Shown: positions 1 through 9,747 of the stretch, one piece after another
Position numbering within the stretch: position 1 is the stretch's first letter
Layout of the letters: every line of letters starts with the position of its first letter
NCBI GenBank assembly: GCA_963836755.1
Contig: CAWIKF010000002.1
Location: 2,144,001-2,208,000, forward strand
DNA length: 64,000 nt
Direction of reading: 5' to 3'
Source of the DNA: an uncultured Verrucomicrobiae bacterium
GTDB taxonomy: Bacteria; Verrucomicrobiota; Verrucomicrobiia; Chthoniobacterales; Chthoniobacteraceae
Translations under genes and position numbers: made by a program
The notes under the pieces: model-generated
What the model was told of the DNA's origin: nothing
What the model saw: only the letters and a program-made list of their open reading frames with translations
Databases searched by the model: none

Positions 1-733
1 AGGTGGGCACCTCGATGCCATTGTGAGCGGCCTGTTCGTCGAGATGTTTCAGATAAGGATCGATCACCTGCGTGCCCCAGCCGTTGGGATGCTCGTTTTC
101 AAGCTGAACCATGAACACGCTTCCACCGCGATTGATCTGATGCCTCGCCACGATCTGCTCGACCTTATCCAAATGCGGATCGGAGTAGGCAATGGAAGGG
201 CCGAGTTCGCGATCGATCATGCCAGGCTTCACGGTGAGCCACGCGGGATAGCCGCCCAACTCCCACTCGCCGCACGAGTAAGGTCCCACGCGCACCACGG
301 CAACCATGCCCATCTCCTCGAGCAGTGAAAGCCACGCATCGAGATCGAGATTGTCGTTAAAGTTCCATTGCCCTTCCTTTGGCTCCGTCGCATTCCAGAA
401 GACATAGGTCTGCACGCAATTGAAGCCCATCATCTTGAAGCGCCAAATCCGGTCGCGCCACAACTCGCGAGGCACCCGCGCGTAATGAATGGAGCCCGAC
501 CGGATGAAGATCGGTTTGCCGTTGATGACAAAGTAGCCGTCCTTCCAATGCACCGCTTTTTCCGCAGCCGGCATCGGCGGGAAAATTTCGTCCCTTTTCC
601 CGAGATCAGCTTGTGGCGCAGCTTCGGCAGCGGCGTCGGCGCGAGCGATCAACACGGCCGCGACAGCGATGAAAAGCAACACAAAGCGGCAGAACCACCG
701 GAGGGATTGACGCATCTTTTTGAAACTGTCCAT
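1..733 (-). CDS. Secreted GH35 beta-galactosidase-like glycoside hydrolase, N-terminal part (runs off the left edge)
   Basis: Not in the ORF track. Manual translation gives a signal peptide, then GKPIFIRSGSIHYARVPRELWRDRI, FNCVQTYVFWN, RVGPYSCGEWELGGYPAWL and VFMVQLENEH, which are GH35 motifs including the acid/base ENE. Alternative start at 715. Confidence 0.9.
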   Translation of the reverse strand, partial: MDSFKKMRQSLRWFCRFVLLFIAVAAVLIARADAAAEAAPQADLGKRDEIFPPMPAAEKAVHWKDGYFVINGKPIFIRSGSIHYARVPRELWRDRIWRFKMMGFNCVQTYVFWNATEPKEGQWNFNDNLDLDAWLSLLEEMGMVAVVRVGPYSCGEWELGGYPAWLTVKPGMIDRELGPSIAYSDPHLDKVEQIVARHQINRGGSVFMVQLENEHPNGWGTQVIDPYLKHLDEQAAHNGIEVPT

Positions 734-778
734 CTCCTCGATGGCGGTCAAGGCACGAACCTTCTCCCAACGAACGCG

Positions 779-1099
779 CTACGCCGGGGGCGCTTCGGTG
801 TCGAGGCGGAGCAGCATCGGGCCGATGTCCACCGTGCGCGCCGCGATGTCGAGGGTGTCGGCGGGGATGCGGTAAAGGTTGCCAAATCCGCGCGTGACAA
901 TGCCGGCCTCTCGCAGCTGGGCGATGTGCTTCGAGAGGACGTTTGCCGGGCGACCGATGCGGCGGGAGAGTTCGGCGACGGGAAGGGGCTCGCCTTTGCT
1001 GAGTTCGACGAGGATGCGCCAGCGGTTGATGTCGCCGATGGCTGAGAGGATATCGTCGAGGGAAGCTGGGGTGGGCATGGGTTTGGGGAGTGGCGGCAT
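779..1099 (-). CDS. ArsR/SmtB-like winged-helix transcriptional regulator
   Basis: AIGDINRWRILVEL...LPVAELSRRIGRPANVLSKHIAQLREAGIV matches the ArsR HTH pattern. Confidence 0.85.
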   Translation of the reverse strand: MPPLPKPMPTPASLDDILSAIGDINRWRILVELSKGEPLPVAELSRRIGRPANVLSKHIAQLREAGIVTRGFGNLYRIPADTLDIAARTVDIGPMLLRLDTEAPPA

Positions 1100-1146
1100 C
1101 TTCGGCGTGGGATGAGGAGATTACAAGGCTGCGCTCAGCCTTTTTG

Positions 1147-1377
1147 TTCCCGCGTTGCTCAATTGTATTCCTGCACCGCTCAATTTGTTTCCGGGAACGC
1201 GCCGTCCATTTCCTGCACCGCTCCATTCCATTCCTGCGCTGGGAAGGCATTTTCCTCCATTCGCACATTTCTTTCCTGCACTGCTCCATTTGGATCCTGC
1301 ACCGCTCGATTCCTTTCCTGCGTCGCGCATTTTCTTTCCTGTAGATGCGTATTTTTCTCCCGTAGATGGGGATTTTT
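1147..1377. repeat. Degenerate tandem array of 11 x 21-bp units, consensus about TTCCTGCACCGCTCNATTNNN
   Basis: Units start at 1147, 1168, 1189, 1210, 1231, 1252, 1273, 1294, 1315, 1336 and 1357, an exact 21-nt period with no indels. The (T)TCC(T)G core is conserved and the remainder varies. Confidence 0.9.
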
Positions 1378-1423
1378 CCGTTGCATGGGAGCAAAGTTTA
1401 CCGGCACGCCGGTCCAGCGGCGG

Positions 1424-1615
1424 TCACTTTTCCTTTTTCGACTTTGCGGCGCTCTGTTTTTTCGCCGCTTTCATGTTGTCCACCAAGTTCGGATACGGTC
1501 GCCCTGCCCGCTTCGCGGCTGCTTTGGCTTTCGCTTTGCTTTTCGGCGTGAGTTTCGTGTGGCTGCTCTTCTTTGGCGCCGGTTTATCCCAAGGTTCCTT
1601 CTTTTTCGCGGGCAT
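1424..1615 (-). CDS. Small Lys/Ala-rich basic protein (63 aa), possibly nucleic-acid binding
   Basis: MPAKKKEPWDKP...KLTPKSKAKAKAAAKRAGRPYPNLVDNM. The RAGRPYPNLVDNM motif resembles a widespread conserved small hypothetical protein. Confidence 0.75.
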   Translation of the reverse strand: MPAKKKEPWDKPAPKKSSHTKLTPKSKAKAKAAAKRAGRPYPNLVDNMKAAKKQSAAKSKKEK

Positions 1616-1713
1616 GCTGGGAATTCGTATGTCGCGCGACCCGAGGACGGACAGACCTTTCGCGCGAAAACTGCATGCTTCTCCCGCGCACGCGCGGATG
1701 CTTTGGAAAAAAG

Positions 1714-2466
1714 TTACCGCAGCCCGCCGCCAACGAACAGCGATTCGCCCGTGATCCACGACGAGTCGGCCGATGCGAGGAACACCGCCGCCGTCGCAAT
1801 GTCGCGCGGCTGGCCGATGCGCCCCAGCGGCGTCTGCGCCTCGATCTGCCGGCGGAACTCGCCTTCCGTGAACCCCGTCGCTGCCGTTCCTTCGGTTTCG
1901 ACCATGCTCGGGTTGATGGAATTGACGCGAATCTGCCGCGCGCCCAATTCTTTCGACAAAACTTTCGTCACCGCATCGACGGACGCCTTTGTCGCGGAGT
2001 AAACCGCCGATCCCGGCGGGGTGAAACTACTCACTGCCGAGCTGATATTGATGACGCTCCCGCCTTCCGTGCCGAAATGTTTCGCGGCTTGCTGCGTCAC
2101 GAGCAAAAGCCCGAGCACGTTCAGGTCAAAATGTTTGTGGAAATGCTCCTCGGTGATTTGCTCCAGGGGCATGAACTCGTAGATGCCCGCGTTGTTCACC
2201 AGCACGTCGATCCGCCCGAAGACCTTTTTCGTTTCGGCAAAAAGCCGCTCGATGTCCGCGCGCTTCGCCATGTCCCCCTGCACGGCCACGGCTTTGCCGC
2301 CGTCCGCCGTGATCTCGCCGACTACTTTTTCGGCGCCGGCTTTGCTCGATGCGTAGTTGACGACGACCGCCGCGCCCTCCGCTGCGAGTTCTTTGGCAAT
2401 GGCTGCGCCGATCCCCTTCGAAGCGCCGGTGACGACTGCGACTTTTCCCGCGAGTTTTTGTGACAT
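1714..2466 (-). CDS. Short-chain dehydrogenase/reductase (SDR)
   Basis: TGASKGIG, NNAG and YSATK motifs. Confidence 0.95.
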   Translation of the reverse strand: MSQKLAGKVAVVTGASKGIGAAIAKELAAEGAAVVVNYASSKAGAEKVVGEITADGGKAVAVQGDMAKRADIERLFAETKKVFGRIDVLVNNAGIYEFMPLEQITEEHFHKHFDLNVLGLLLVTQQAAKHFGTEGGSVINISSAVSSFTPPGSAVYSATKASVDAVTKVLSKELGARQIRVNSINPSMVETEGTAATGFTEGEFRRQIEAQTPLGRIGQPRDIATAAVFLASADSSWITGESLFVGGGLR

Positions 2467-2524
2467 GCGGCGGAGTTGCGCAGTTTCCCGCGCACGCGGC
2501 AAGGTTAATCAAGATGCCGCCGGC

Positions 2525-2992
2525 TCAATGGCCATGATGCCAATGGTGCCAGTCATGGTGACCGTGGTAGGAGCCGCCGATGAAGATCGGCGGATAAAGT
2601 CCGGCGCCGATGTAAGGACCATACGGATACCACGGGCCATCATAATAAGGCTGCGGCGCGTAGAGCTCCGGCGTGCGCAGCAGGTAATCGATGACTGACG
2701 GATCGACGCCCGCGTGCCGCAATTCCACCACATCCTGCGAGCGGAGCCGATAAACCGCGTAGGTCGAGCGCAGGTAGTCGATGATGAAGCCTGGCGGGAT
2801 TCGCCGGCGTGAAAGTTCCATGATGTCCGGCAGCGAGAGCGGCTCGCCGTAAGTCATCGCGTCATAAATCGGCCGCGGGACGCCGTGCTGACCGAGCATC
2901 GCGCGGTCGCCCGGCGCGAGCTCATTGGCGCAGCCGGCGAAAAGCAGAGCCGCCGTGGCGGCGAGCAACGCGCAGAAAGGAAAGCGTTTCAT
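2525..2992 (-). CDS. Hypothetical lipoprotein with a Tyr/Pro/Gly-rich and His-rich C-terminus
   Basis: Lipobox LFAGC, two short helical repeats (LSLPDIMEL..., LRSQDVVEL...), tail YHGHHDWHHWHHGH. Confidence 0.75.
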   Translation of the reverse strand: MKRFPFCALLAATAALLFAGCANELAPGDRAMLGQHGVPRPIYDAMTYGEPLSLPDIMELSRRRIPPGFIIDYLRSTYAVYRLRSQDVVELRHAGVDPSVIDYLLRTPELYAPQPYYDGPWYPYGPYIGAGLYPPIFIGGSYHGHHDWHHWHHGH

Positions 2993-3167
2993 CACATGGA
3001 TATCGCCTGCGCATCGGGATTGGGACGTCCGATCCTTCAACCGCGCAATCGGTCGGCAACGGAGCGCGTCGCGCAACGATGCTCGCGCTTTTTTCACCGC
3101 GAAAGGACTTTCCGATTGCGCGAATGCCGCAAAAGTTTTTCGCTGTCGTCAGTTGTCTTCGAAACGA

Positions 3168-5984
3168 ATGCAGGCCGCGCTGAAACTTTACCGCTTTGTC
3201 GAGGACGCATGGCAGGATGGCCTGCGATCCTGGTGTGAAGCGGCTTCGCGGGCCGCGCTCGATGGCGCGCAATGCTGGCTCGCCGTCGCCGGTCGCGGCC
3301 AGGCGCGGTGGATTCGCCAGCGCGCACTCGCGGAAGGGCTGACACTTTTCGGAATCAAATTTCTCGATCCCGCCGCGCTGCGTCGCGAACTGTGCGCACT
3401 GCTCGGCGTCGAGTCAGTCGCGCTCGGCCGCGAGACGCAGGAGCTTTTACTCAAGATCGCCGCCGGCCCCGCATCGCGCCTCGCAACAAACGCCGACGCG
3501 TGTCTGCGCGCGCTGGAAGATCTCGCCGCCGCGGGCTGGAACGAAGACGCGCTCGACCTGCCGCCGAAGATCGCGCGCGAAATTTTTCGTCTGCTGAAAA
3601 GTTCGCGCGCATGGACGCCGGAGCTCGACCGATGCTTGCTGGAACGGGCGAGCGAGCAGCCGCTCTGGAGTTGCGTTGCCGGCTGGGACGCCGCGCATTT
3701 TCCTGAAACCAATCTCCTCACCGCCCTCGCGCGCAGCAGCACGCGCTGCGAATTTTTTCTCAGCCAGCCGCGCGGCGCCAGCGAAAGTCTGCAACGAAGC
3801 TGGATTGCAGATGTCGAGCGTTTGTTAAACACTTCGCACACCGTCTGCAAGGCGAGCGATTTTGTTTCTCCACACGAATCGCTGGTCGAGCGGCTCGGCG
3901 GCGTCGATCTGATGCCGGAAAAGTCCGCGCCAGTTTCGCTCCTCGTCGGCCGCGAGGGATGGGATCAAATTCGGCTCGTGCGCGACGACGTGCTCGCGTG
4001 GCTGGCGCGCGCGACGGATGCCGAACGGCTCGCGCTCATCGTCCCGCGCCGCTCCGCGACCTCCATTGCACTCGTGCGCGAGGTCGTTGCCGCCAATATC
4101 GAGCTACTCGACGACACTGCGGAAAAAGTGGAGCCGCCGCTCGACATCCTGATTCAAGCCGCCGTCGCGCGATATCACTTGAGCGGCTGCGACATCGAGC
4201 CACTGCTCGGTTTGATCAAGCTGCTGAACGAAAAATCAGCTGGCGCGTGGGACTGGCTCGATCCAGCAAAAGCGCAACGCTCGTTGGACAAAGCGTTTTC
4301 GACGCTGCAAAGCCGCAACGCTCATCTGCTCGCGTGTGGTTTTGAAGAATCGGCAAACCGCGAATGGCAGCAGATCACAACTTTGATCGCAGAGCTCGGA
4401 AAGTGGGAAGGCGACGTTGACTGGAGTGGAGCGGAAAACAAGTGGCTCGCATCGCTCGCGCCGCTGGGCATCTCGATCGAGCTGCTCGAGCCGGTTTGGT
4501 CGCAGACCGCGGAGTTGCTCGACGGCAGGAAAATCAGCGCGAGACTTTTCCTCGAGTATGTCGCCGCGCTGCTCGCCCCGCGGAACTCGCAGCGCCCGGC
4601 CGAGGCTTCCGCCCCGCATGCACGCGTGCTCGTGACGACGCTCGCGAACGCGCTGCATCAAACATGGGACCGGCTCGTTTTTCTCGACAGCAATGAAGGC
4701 GTCTGGCCCGTGAGGCCGGAAGAAACGCCGTTTCTCGATGACGCTGCGCGCACCGCGCTGAATCAGCACCGCGGGGAGCGTGCGCATCTGCTGACGAGCG
4801 GCGACCAATCGGCTCTCGATCAGGCGCATTTTCTCGACCTGATCGAGCACTGCGGCGGCGGGATTGTTTTTGCAGCCAACGCGCGCGAATCGGGAGACGC
4901 CGCGCGCGAGGCCTATCCGAATGAGTGGCTGATTCGCTGTCTCATCGAACGCCACGGCTCCGCGAAACAAGCGATCGCGGAGTGGAATCGCGCCATCGAA
5001 CTTTGCACGGACGACGCGAAACTTTTACCCGCAGACGAGCGGGCGCATTTGGAAAAAGTTCACGCGAGCCGCATGAACGCCGCGTTGCCGTTCGACCACT
5101 ATTTGTTTAACTTTGGAAAATCGAAATTCGTCGTGCGATCCTGGTCCGCCGGTAAACTCGATGAAGCGCTCACCTGCCCTGCCACCTTCGCGCTGCGGGA
5201 AATTTTCGATGCCGAATCCATGCGCGAAGCCGCGTGGACTCGCGGAGAAAGCCTGGTCATCGGCACTCGGGCGCATACGTGGCTCGCTCGCGCGCTTGAC
5301 GGGAGCGACGACTTTAAACCGCTGCCACGCGGCGATTTTTTTGCGCCGCTGGCGGCGCAGGTCGCCGCCGCCACGCAACATCTGCGCGAGTGCTATGAGA
5401 GCCAGAATCTGCAGCTACCGATTTGGTGGGAAAGCTGTCTGCGCAAGGCCGCGTGGGTCGCGCGACGCTGTTTGCTTGCAGTGACTGCGATCAATCACGG
5501 AGGCTTTTATGCGATGGAGAAAAAACTCCGACATGAGGTGAAAACCGCCGCGGGCGATTTGCGTTTGAGCGGCCGCTTCGATCTCGTCCTGAGTGACCAA
5601 CCGTCGTTGGAAAATGCGCGCGTCAACATTCTCGATTTCAAAACGGGCAAAACTGCCGCGCCAACTTTTGCGACACTTGCGAAAGGCGCAGGCTTTCAAT
5701 TTGCCGCCTACTTTTTAATGGCGCGCGATGCGGGCGCCGCGAGCGCATCGGTCGGCGTGATTCGGCACGACATGACGACGCTCGACGCTTTCACAGACGC
5801 GGATGAAATGGCGCTGCGCGAGGCAATGGAGCCGTTGGCGAGGCTTCAGCGCGATTTGAATTTTGGGCGGCGGGGTCCGCTGGTTGAAAAATGGGCAGTG
5901 TGCGAAAAGTTGCCGATGGCCACGCTCGCGATTCCGCGCGAGGTGCTGGAAAAAAAGGCCGAGGCTGGCCTGCCGGCGGATTAG
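3168..5984 (+). CDS. AddB/RexB-like protein with a C-terminal PD-(D/E)XK nuclease domain
   Basis: About 940 aa. Degenerate helicase-like body ([12 protein letters not shown]), then [18 protein letters not shown] and LSGRFDLVL...ILDFKTG. Confidence 0.8.
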   Translation: MQAALKLYRFVEDAWQDGLRSWCEAASRAALDGAQCWLAVAGRGQARWIRQRALAEGLTLFGIKFLDPAALRRELCALLGVESVALGRETQELLLKIAAGPASRLATNADACLRALEDLAAAGWNEDALDLPPKIAREIFRLLKSSRAWTPELDRCLLERASEQPLWSCVAGWDAAHFPETNLLTALARSSTRCEFFLSQPRGASESLQRSWIADVERLLNTSHTVCKASDFVSPHESLVERLGGVDLMPEKSAPVSLLVGREGWDQIRLVRDDVLAWLARATDAERLALIVPRRSATSIALVREVVAANIELLDDTAEKVEPPLDILIQAAVARYHLSGCDIEPLLGLIKLLNEKSAGAWDWLDPAKAQRSLDKAFSTLQSRNAHLLACGFEESANREWQQITTLIAELGKWEGDVDWSGAENKWLASLAPLGISIELLEPVWSQTAELLDGRKISARLFLEYVAALLAPRNSQRPAEASAPHARVLVTTLANALHQTWDRLVFLDSNEGVWPVRPEETPFLDDAARTALNQHRGERAHLLTSGDQSALDQAHFLDLIEHCGGGIVFAANARESGDAAREAYPNEWLIRCLIERHGSAKQAIAEWNRAIELCTDDAKLLPADERAHLEKVHASRMNAALPFDHYLFNFGKSKFVVRSWSAGKLDEALTCPATFALREIFDAESMREAAWTRGESLVIGTRAHTWLARALDGSDDFKPLPRGDFFAPLAAQVAAATQHLRECYESQNLQLPIWWESCLRKAAWVARRCLLAVTAINHGGFYAMEKKLRHEVKTAAGDLRLSGRFDLVLSDQPSLENARVNILDFKTGKTAAPTFATLAKGAGFQFAAYFLMARDAGAASASVGVIRHDMTTLDAFTDADEMALREAMEPLARLQRDLNFGRRGPLVEKWAVCEKLPMATLAIPREVLEKKAEAGLPAD

Positions 5985-7537
5985 CTACCGGTCTTCAATT
6001 CTACGATATCGTGCCCACCGCTTTCGCGTTGGCCCGCAGGCGTGACGCGGGCGAATCGCGCGCGCGACCTGATCTCATCGAGGGTCAACGCGCCCAGATA
6101 GCCCATCCCAGCTTGAATGCCGCCCACTAGCTGAGTGACAACATTGTCCAGCGAAGCGGAAACTTCTTTTAACGCTTCGATTCCCTCCGCGGCGACCTTG
6201 CGCGTGGCGTCGCGCGCATGTCCGTAGCGCGCAGCGCTGCCGGCTTTCATCGCGGCTTCGCTGCCCATGCCGCGATATTGTTTATAATGTTTGCCGTTGA
6301 TCTCGAGGATTTGCCCGGGCGCTTCCGGACACCCGGCGAGCAATCCCCCGCAGATCACTGCGTGCGAAAGCGTGAGCGCCTTCACGATGTCTCCCGATTT
6401 CGTGATGCCGCCATCCGCAATGATTCGGACGCCGCATTTTTCGGCAGCTCGCGACGCGACGTAAAGTGCAGTGAGCTGCGGAATGCCGACGCCGGCGACG
6501 ATTCGCGTGGTGCAGATCGAGCCGGGACCCTGGCCAACTTTGACGACATTCGCGCCGGCCTCGGCGAGAAATTCCACCGCCGCCGCGCTCGTCACGTTCC
6601 CCGCGATGATCGGCAACTGCGGAAAAAGTTCCCGAATCAGCCGCACCGTTTCGCCAACGCCCTGGCTGTGCGCATGCGCGGTGGAGACGGCGACGACATC
6701 GATGCCGCGATCCACCAGCGCGCCGACATGCGCCGCGATCCTTTGTTTATCGAGTTCGCCCGTCGAATTCCGCGTGGCGGAAACAGCGGCGCCGCACAGC
6801 AGCCGGAATTTCGAATCGCGCGCCGGTTTGACCTGCGAGGCGCGTTCCTGCGTAATCTGCTCGATGTCGCTCATCGTGAAAAGTCCGCGCAAGCGGTCCT
6901 CGTCATCGACGACGAGCAATTTGTGAATGCCGACGTGGTCGGTGAAAAATTTGTCAGCGCGCGCGATCGGATCGCTGGCGATTTCGTTTTGCCGGATCGT
7001 GTGAAGCTGCGCGCGCGGCGTCATCGCTTCGCTGACTTTTCGCGTCGCGTAACGTTCTTTGACAACGTGACCAGGCAGCAAACCGACGAGGCGATCGCTT
7101 TCATCGACGACCGGAAACGTGCTGAAGGAAAAGCGCCGCTGCTCGATGATCGCTAAAACGTCACCGATGAGCTGACCGGGCTCAGCCTTGATCGGGTCTT
7201 GGATGAGGCCGTGAATGTTGTTTTTTACGCGGCTGACTTCGCTGAGCTGCTGGCGCTCGGCCATGTTGTAGTGGATGAGGCCGAGACCGCCGTTGAGCGC
7301 CATCGCGATCGCCATGCTCGATTCCGTGACGGTGTCCATGTCGGCGGAAATGATCGGCATTTGCAGAACGAGACCTTCCGCGAGCCGCGTCTCCAGCCGC
7401 GTGTTGCGCGGGAGAATTTCCGAATAAAGCGTCGCGAGCGTGACGTCGTCGTAGGTCAGCGCGGTATCTGCATGGCTGCGAAAAAATTCATCGGCGGGCT
7501 TGTAAAAAGTTGCGTCGATCGCGGAATCGGAAGCCAT
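5981..7537 (-). CDS. guaB: IMP dehydrogenase
   Basis: [13 protein letters not shown] pair, catalytic [15 protein letters not shown]. Confidence 0.97.
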   Translation of the reverse strand: MASDSAIDATFYKPADEFFRSHADTALTYDDVTLATLYSEILPRNTRLETRLAEGLVLQMPIISADMDTVTESSMAIAMALNGGLGLIHYNMAERQQLSEVSRVKNNIHGLIQDPIKAEPGQLIGDVLAIIEQRRFSFSTFPVVDESDRLVGLLPGHVVKERYATRKVSEAMTPRAQLHTIRQNEIASDPIARADKFFTDHVGIHKLLVVDDEDRLRGLFTMSDIEQITQERASQVKPARDSKFRLLCGAAVSATRNSTGELDKQRIAAHVGALVDRGIDVVAVSTAHAHSQGVGETVRLIRELFPQLPIIAGNVTSAAAVEFLAEAGANVVKVGQGPGSICTTRIVAGVGIPQLTALYVASRAAEKCGVRIIADGGITKSGDIVKALTLSHAVICGGLLAGCPEAPGQILEINGKHYKQYRGMGSEAAMKAGSAARYGHARDATRKVAAEGIEALKEVSASLDNVVTQLVGGIQAGMGYLGALTLDEIRSRARFARVTPAGQRESGGHDIVELKTGS

Positions 7538-7607
7538 GTCGGATTTTGCGGGAATGCTACGCGGCTGACAAGAGGCAAGCTGCGCGGGCATTCTTTGGCG
7601 TCAAAAA

Positions 7608-7847
7608 TCAGAGCGCGCTCGGACGAAATCGTTCGTTGAGACTGCCGCAACGCGGGCAGCGCGGGAGCGGCGTGGCGGTGGGATCTTCAAACTCGAACGA
7701 GCAGATCGTGCAGCGAAGCCGATGCCGCAGCGCGCGCCGTGCAAAGCGCGCGCGCCGCCAATTCCAGCGCAGCCAGACAAAAAACACTGTGTTAAAAAAC
7801 AGCGCGAGATAGATGAAGATGAGCGTCGAAAGCGAAACGCGGATCAT
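7608..7847 (-). CDS. Small membrane-anchored zinc-ribbon protein
   Basis: N-terminal TM helix followed by CTIC...CPRC. The start overlaps the upstream stop (ATGA). Confidence 0.75.
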   Translation of the reverse strand: MIRVSLSTLIFIYLALFFNTVFFVWLRWNWRRARFARRALRHRLRCTICSFEFEDPTATPLPRCPRCGSLNERFRPSAL

Positions 7848-8587
7848 TTTTTTGGCGGCACTTTTTCTAAGACCGACGCACCCCAAGAAAACGTGGCCAT
7901 GCTCCACGTCAGTGGCTCATCGACGTGCGCGAACTCCATCTGGCAAAGCGCTTTCTCGGCTTGCTCATCCACTAATTTGTCGCCCGAGCTGCTCTGTAGA
8001 AAAACGTAGCGCACCTGACCTCGATCCGAGACGCCGACGAGAAAGCGCGCTGCTTGCAATTCCGCGGCGTGTGAATGAATCGCGAACGCCGGAGATTTTG
8101 TCACCACGCGATGCTCGAGATTGTCGGAAAAATCGATCGCGGTTTGCTGACGAACGGGCGCGCTCGTTGCAGCCGACGGCCGCGGCAACGCGCTTTCGAT
8201 CATCGCGAGCGGCGGCAGCGCCGGCGGGTAGCTGAAGTTCGCCTTCGGCTCGGGCGCTAACTTTGGCTGCGCGCGGATTTCCGCGAAGGAAGGATGATAC
8301 GGGACGTCGAGAAGATTTTCGGGCGCGACCTCGGGAGCCATCGCGGCGCTGGCCGGATCCTCCGCCGCGATCCAGCGCAGCAGCGCTTCGTTTTCCGGCG
8401 TCGTGGCAGCAAGCAGGCTGACTTGCGCGGGCGGCGGCGCGACATGAACGGACGGCGGATAGCCGATTTGAAAAATGTAAAAAGTCAGCGCGTGAAGAAA
8501 CAGCGAGAGCGCGATGAACCCAGGCAGCGCAAGCTCAACGTGGCGCGAGTCCGGCCACGAAAACGTCAGCTCGTCCGGAGCGTTCAC
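7844..8587 (-). CDS. TonB-like energy transducer
   Basis: TM helix with SLFLH, Pro-rich linker, C-terminal SSSGDKLVDEQA motif. Follows exbB/exbD. Confidence 0.7.
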   Translation of the reverse strand: MNAPDELTFSWPDSRHVELALPGFIALSLFLHALTFYIFQIGYPPSVHVAPPPAQVSLLAATTPENEALLRWIAAEDPASAAMAPEVAPENLLDVPYHPSFAEIRAQPKLAPEPKANFSYPPALPPLAMIESALPRPSAATSAPVRQQTAIDFSDNLEHRVVTKSPAFAIHSHAAELQAARFLVGVSDRGQVRYVFLQSSSGDKLVDEQAEKALCQMEFAHVDEPLTWSMATFSWGASVLEKVPPKK

Positions 8588-8988
8588 GGCCGGGGCGGCG
8601 TGGCGGCGAGGACGACCGCGTAGCCTGCTTCGAGCGCCTGGTTCGTGACGTTCACGATCAGGTCGTAAGGCGTGGCGCGATCGGCGCGGACGATGATGGT
8701 GCGGTCCTTTGCGTGGAGCGCCTTCAAAGTTTTCGCCAGCTCATCGGGACGAAATTTTTGATCATGAAAATAAAGCGCGGGCTCCGGCCCGGGGACGATG
8801 CTGACGATCTGCGCGTTGCGCTGCGGCGCGAGTGTGAAGCTGGAAAACGGCAGCGTGACAGCGACGCCCGATTGTAAAACGAAGCGTGAGCTGAGCGCAA
8901 AAAAGATGACGACGAGAAAAAGGACGTTCACGAAAGGCGCGAGCGTGAAGAGCGCCGGATTGTGCTGCACCGTGCGGGCGAGCTTCAT
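8584..8988 (-). CDS. exbD: ExbD/TolR family protein
   Basis: LAPFVNVLFLVVIFF TM helix and IIVRADRATPY. Confidence 0.88.
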   Translation of the reverse strand: MKLARTVQHNPALFTLAPFVNVLFLVVIFFALSSRFVLQSGVAVTLPFSSFTLAPQRNAQIVSIVPGPEPALYFHDQKFRPDELAKTLKALHAKDRTIIVRADRATPYDLIVNVTNQALEAGYAVVLAATPPRP

Positions 8989-8991
8989 TCG

Positions 8992-9654
8992 CTATTCCGC
9001 GGCGCGGCGATGCGATGTGCCGAACTCGATGATCTCAGCGCCCGCGTCGCGTTTTTCGGTGATGAGGCGGACGATTTCAATGCCGCCGCGCTCGATGTCG
9101 TGCATGAGGGAATTGACGCGCGCGGAAAGATAGCTGTATGCGACAGAACTCGGAATTGCAACGACGAGGCCAGCCGCCGTCGTCAGCAAACTTTCATAAA
9201 TTCCGCTCGAAATATCGGTCGAGCTCGCGAGTCCGCTGTGGCTCGAGATCGTGACGAATGCCTCTATCAATCCGGTCACCGTGCCGAGCAGTCCGACGAG
9301 CGGCGTGACGAATGAAATCGTCGCGAGGATGTTCAAATTGCGCTCGAGATTTGGCACTTCGAGCTGGCCGGTTTCCTGCACGATTTCCTTGAGCTCCGCG
9401 CGCGGCGCGTTGTGGCGGATGATTGCTGCGTGGATCACACGGGCGACCGGGCCCGGCGTGCCAGCGCATTCGTGGAGCGCCTCGGCGAAGTTCCGACGCT
9501 GGATTAAATTCGAGAGTCCTCGCAAAAATTCGCCGACGCGGATCGTCGCGCGATGGAAATACGTGAGCCGCTCCGCGAATACTGCGACGGAAATGATGCT
9601 GCACAATAAAATGAGCCACATGAGCGGACCGCCCTTTTGCATGAAATCGAGCAT
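8992..9654 (-). CDS. exbB: MotA/TolQ/ExbB proton channel protein
   Basis: TPLVGLLGTVTGLIEAF and GIYESLLTTAAGLVVAIP. Confidence 0.92.
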   Translation of the reverse strand: MLDFMQKGGPLMWLILLCSIISVAVFAERLTYFHRATIRVGEFLRGLSNLIQRRNFAEALHECAGTPGPVARVIHAAIIRHNAPRAELKEIVQETGQLEVPNLERNLNILATISFVTPLVGLLGTVTGLIEAFVTISSHSGLASSTDISSGIYESLLTTAAGLVVAIPSSVAYSYLSARVNSLMHDIERGGIEIVRLITEKRDAGAEIIEFGTSHRRAAE

Positions 9655-9747
9655 CCTCGGTTTATAGGGCAACGCCCCGCTCAGCGCAAGGCGCCGCGCG
9701 TTTACAAACGTTGCTCGCGTTCCGTTGTGGACACGCGAGCCCTAGAT

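Noticed and set aside
1147..1377. CRISPR array interpretation of the 21-bp repeats
   Set aside because: The period is far too short, there is no invariant repeat with unique spacers, and no cas genes are in the window.
606..2002. Long overlapping ORFs 606-1394(-), 1112-2002(+) and 1155-1754(+)
   Set aside because: They overlap better-supported genes and stay open because of the repeat array and high GC. They show no protein-like motifs.
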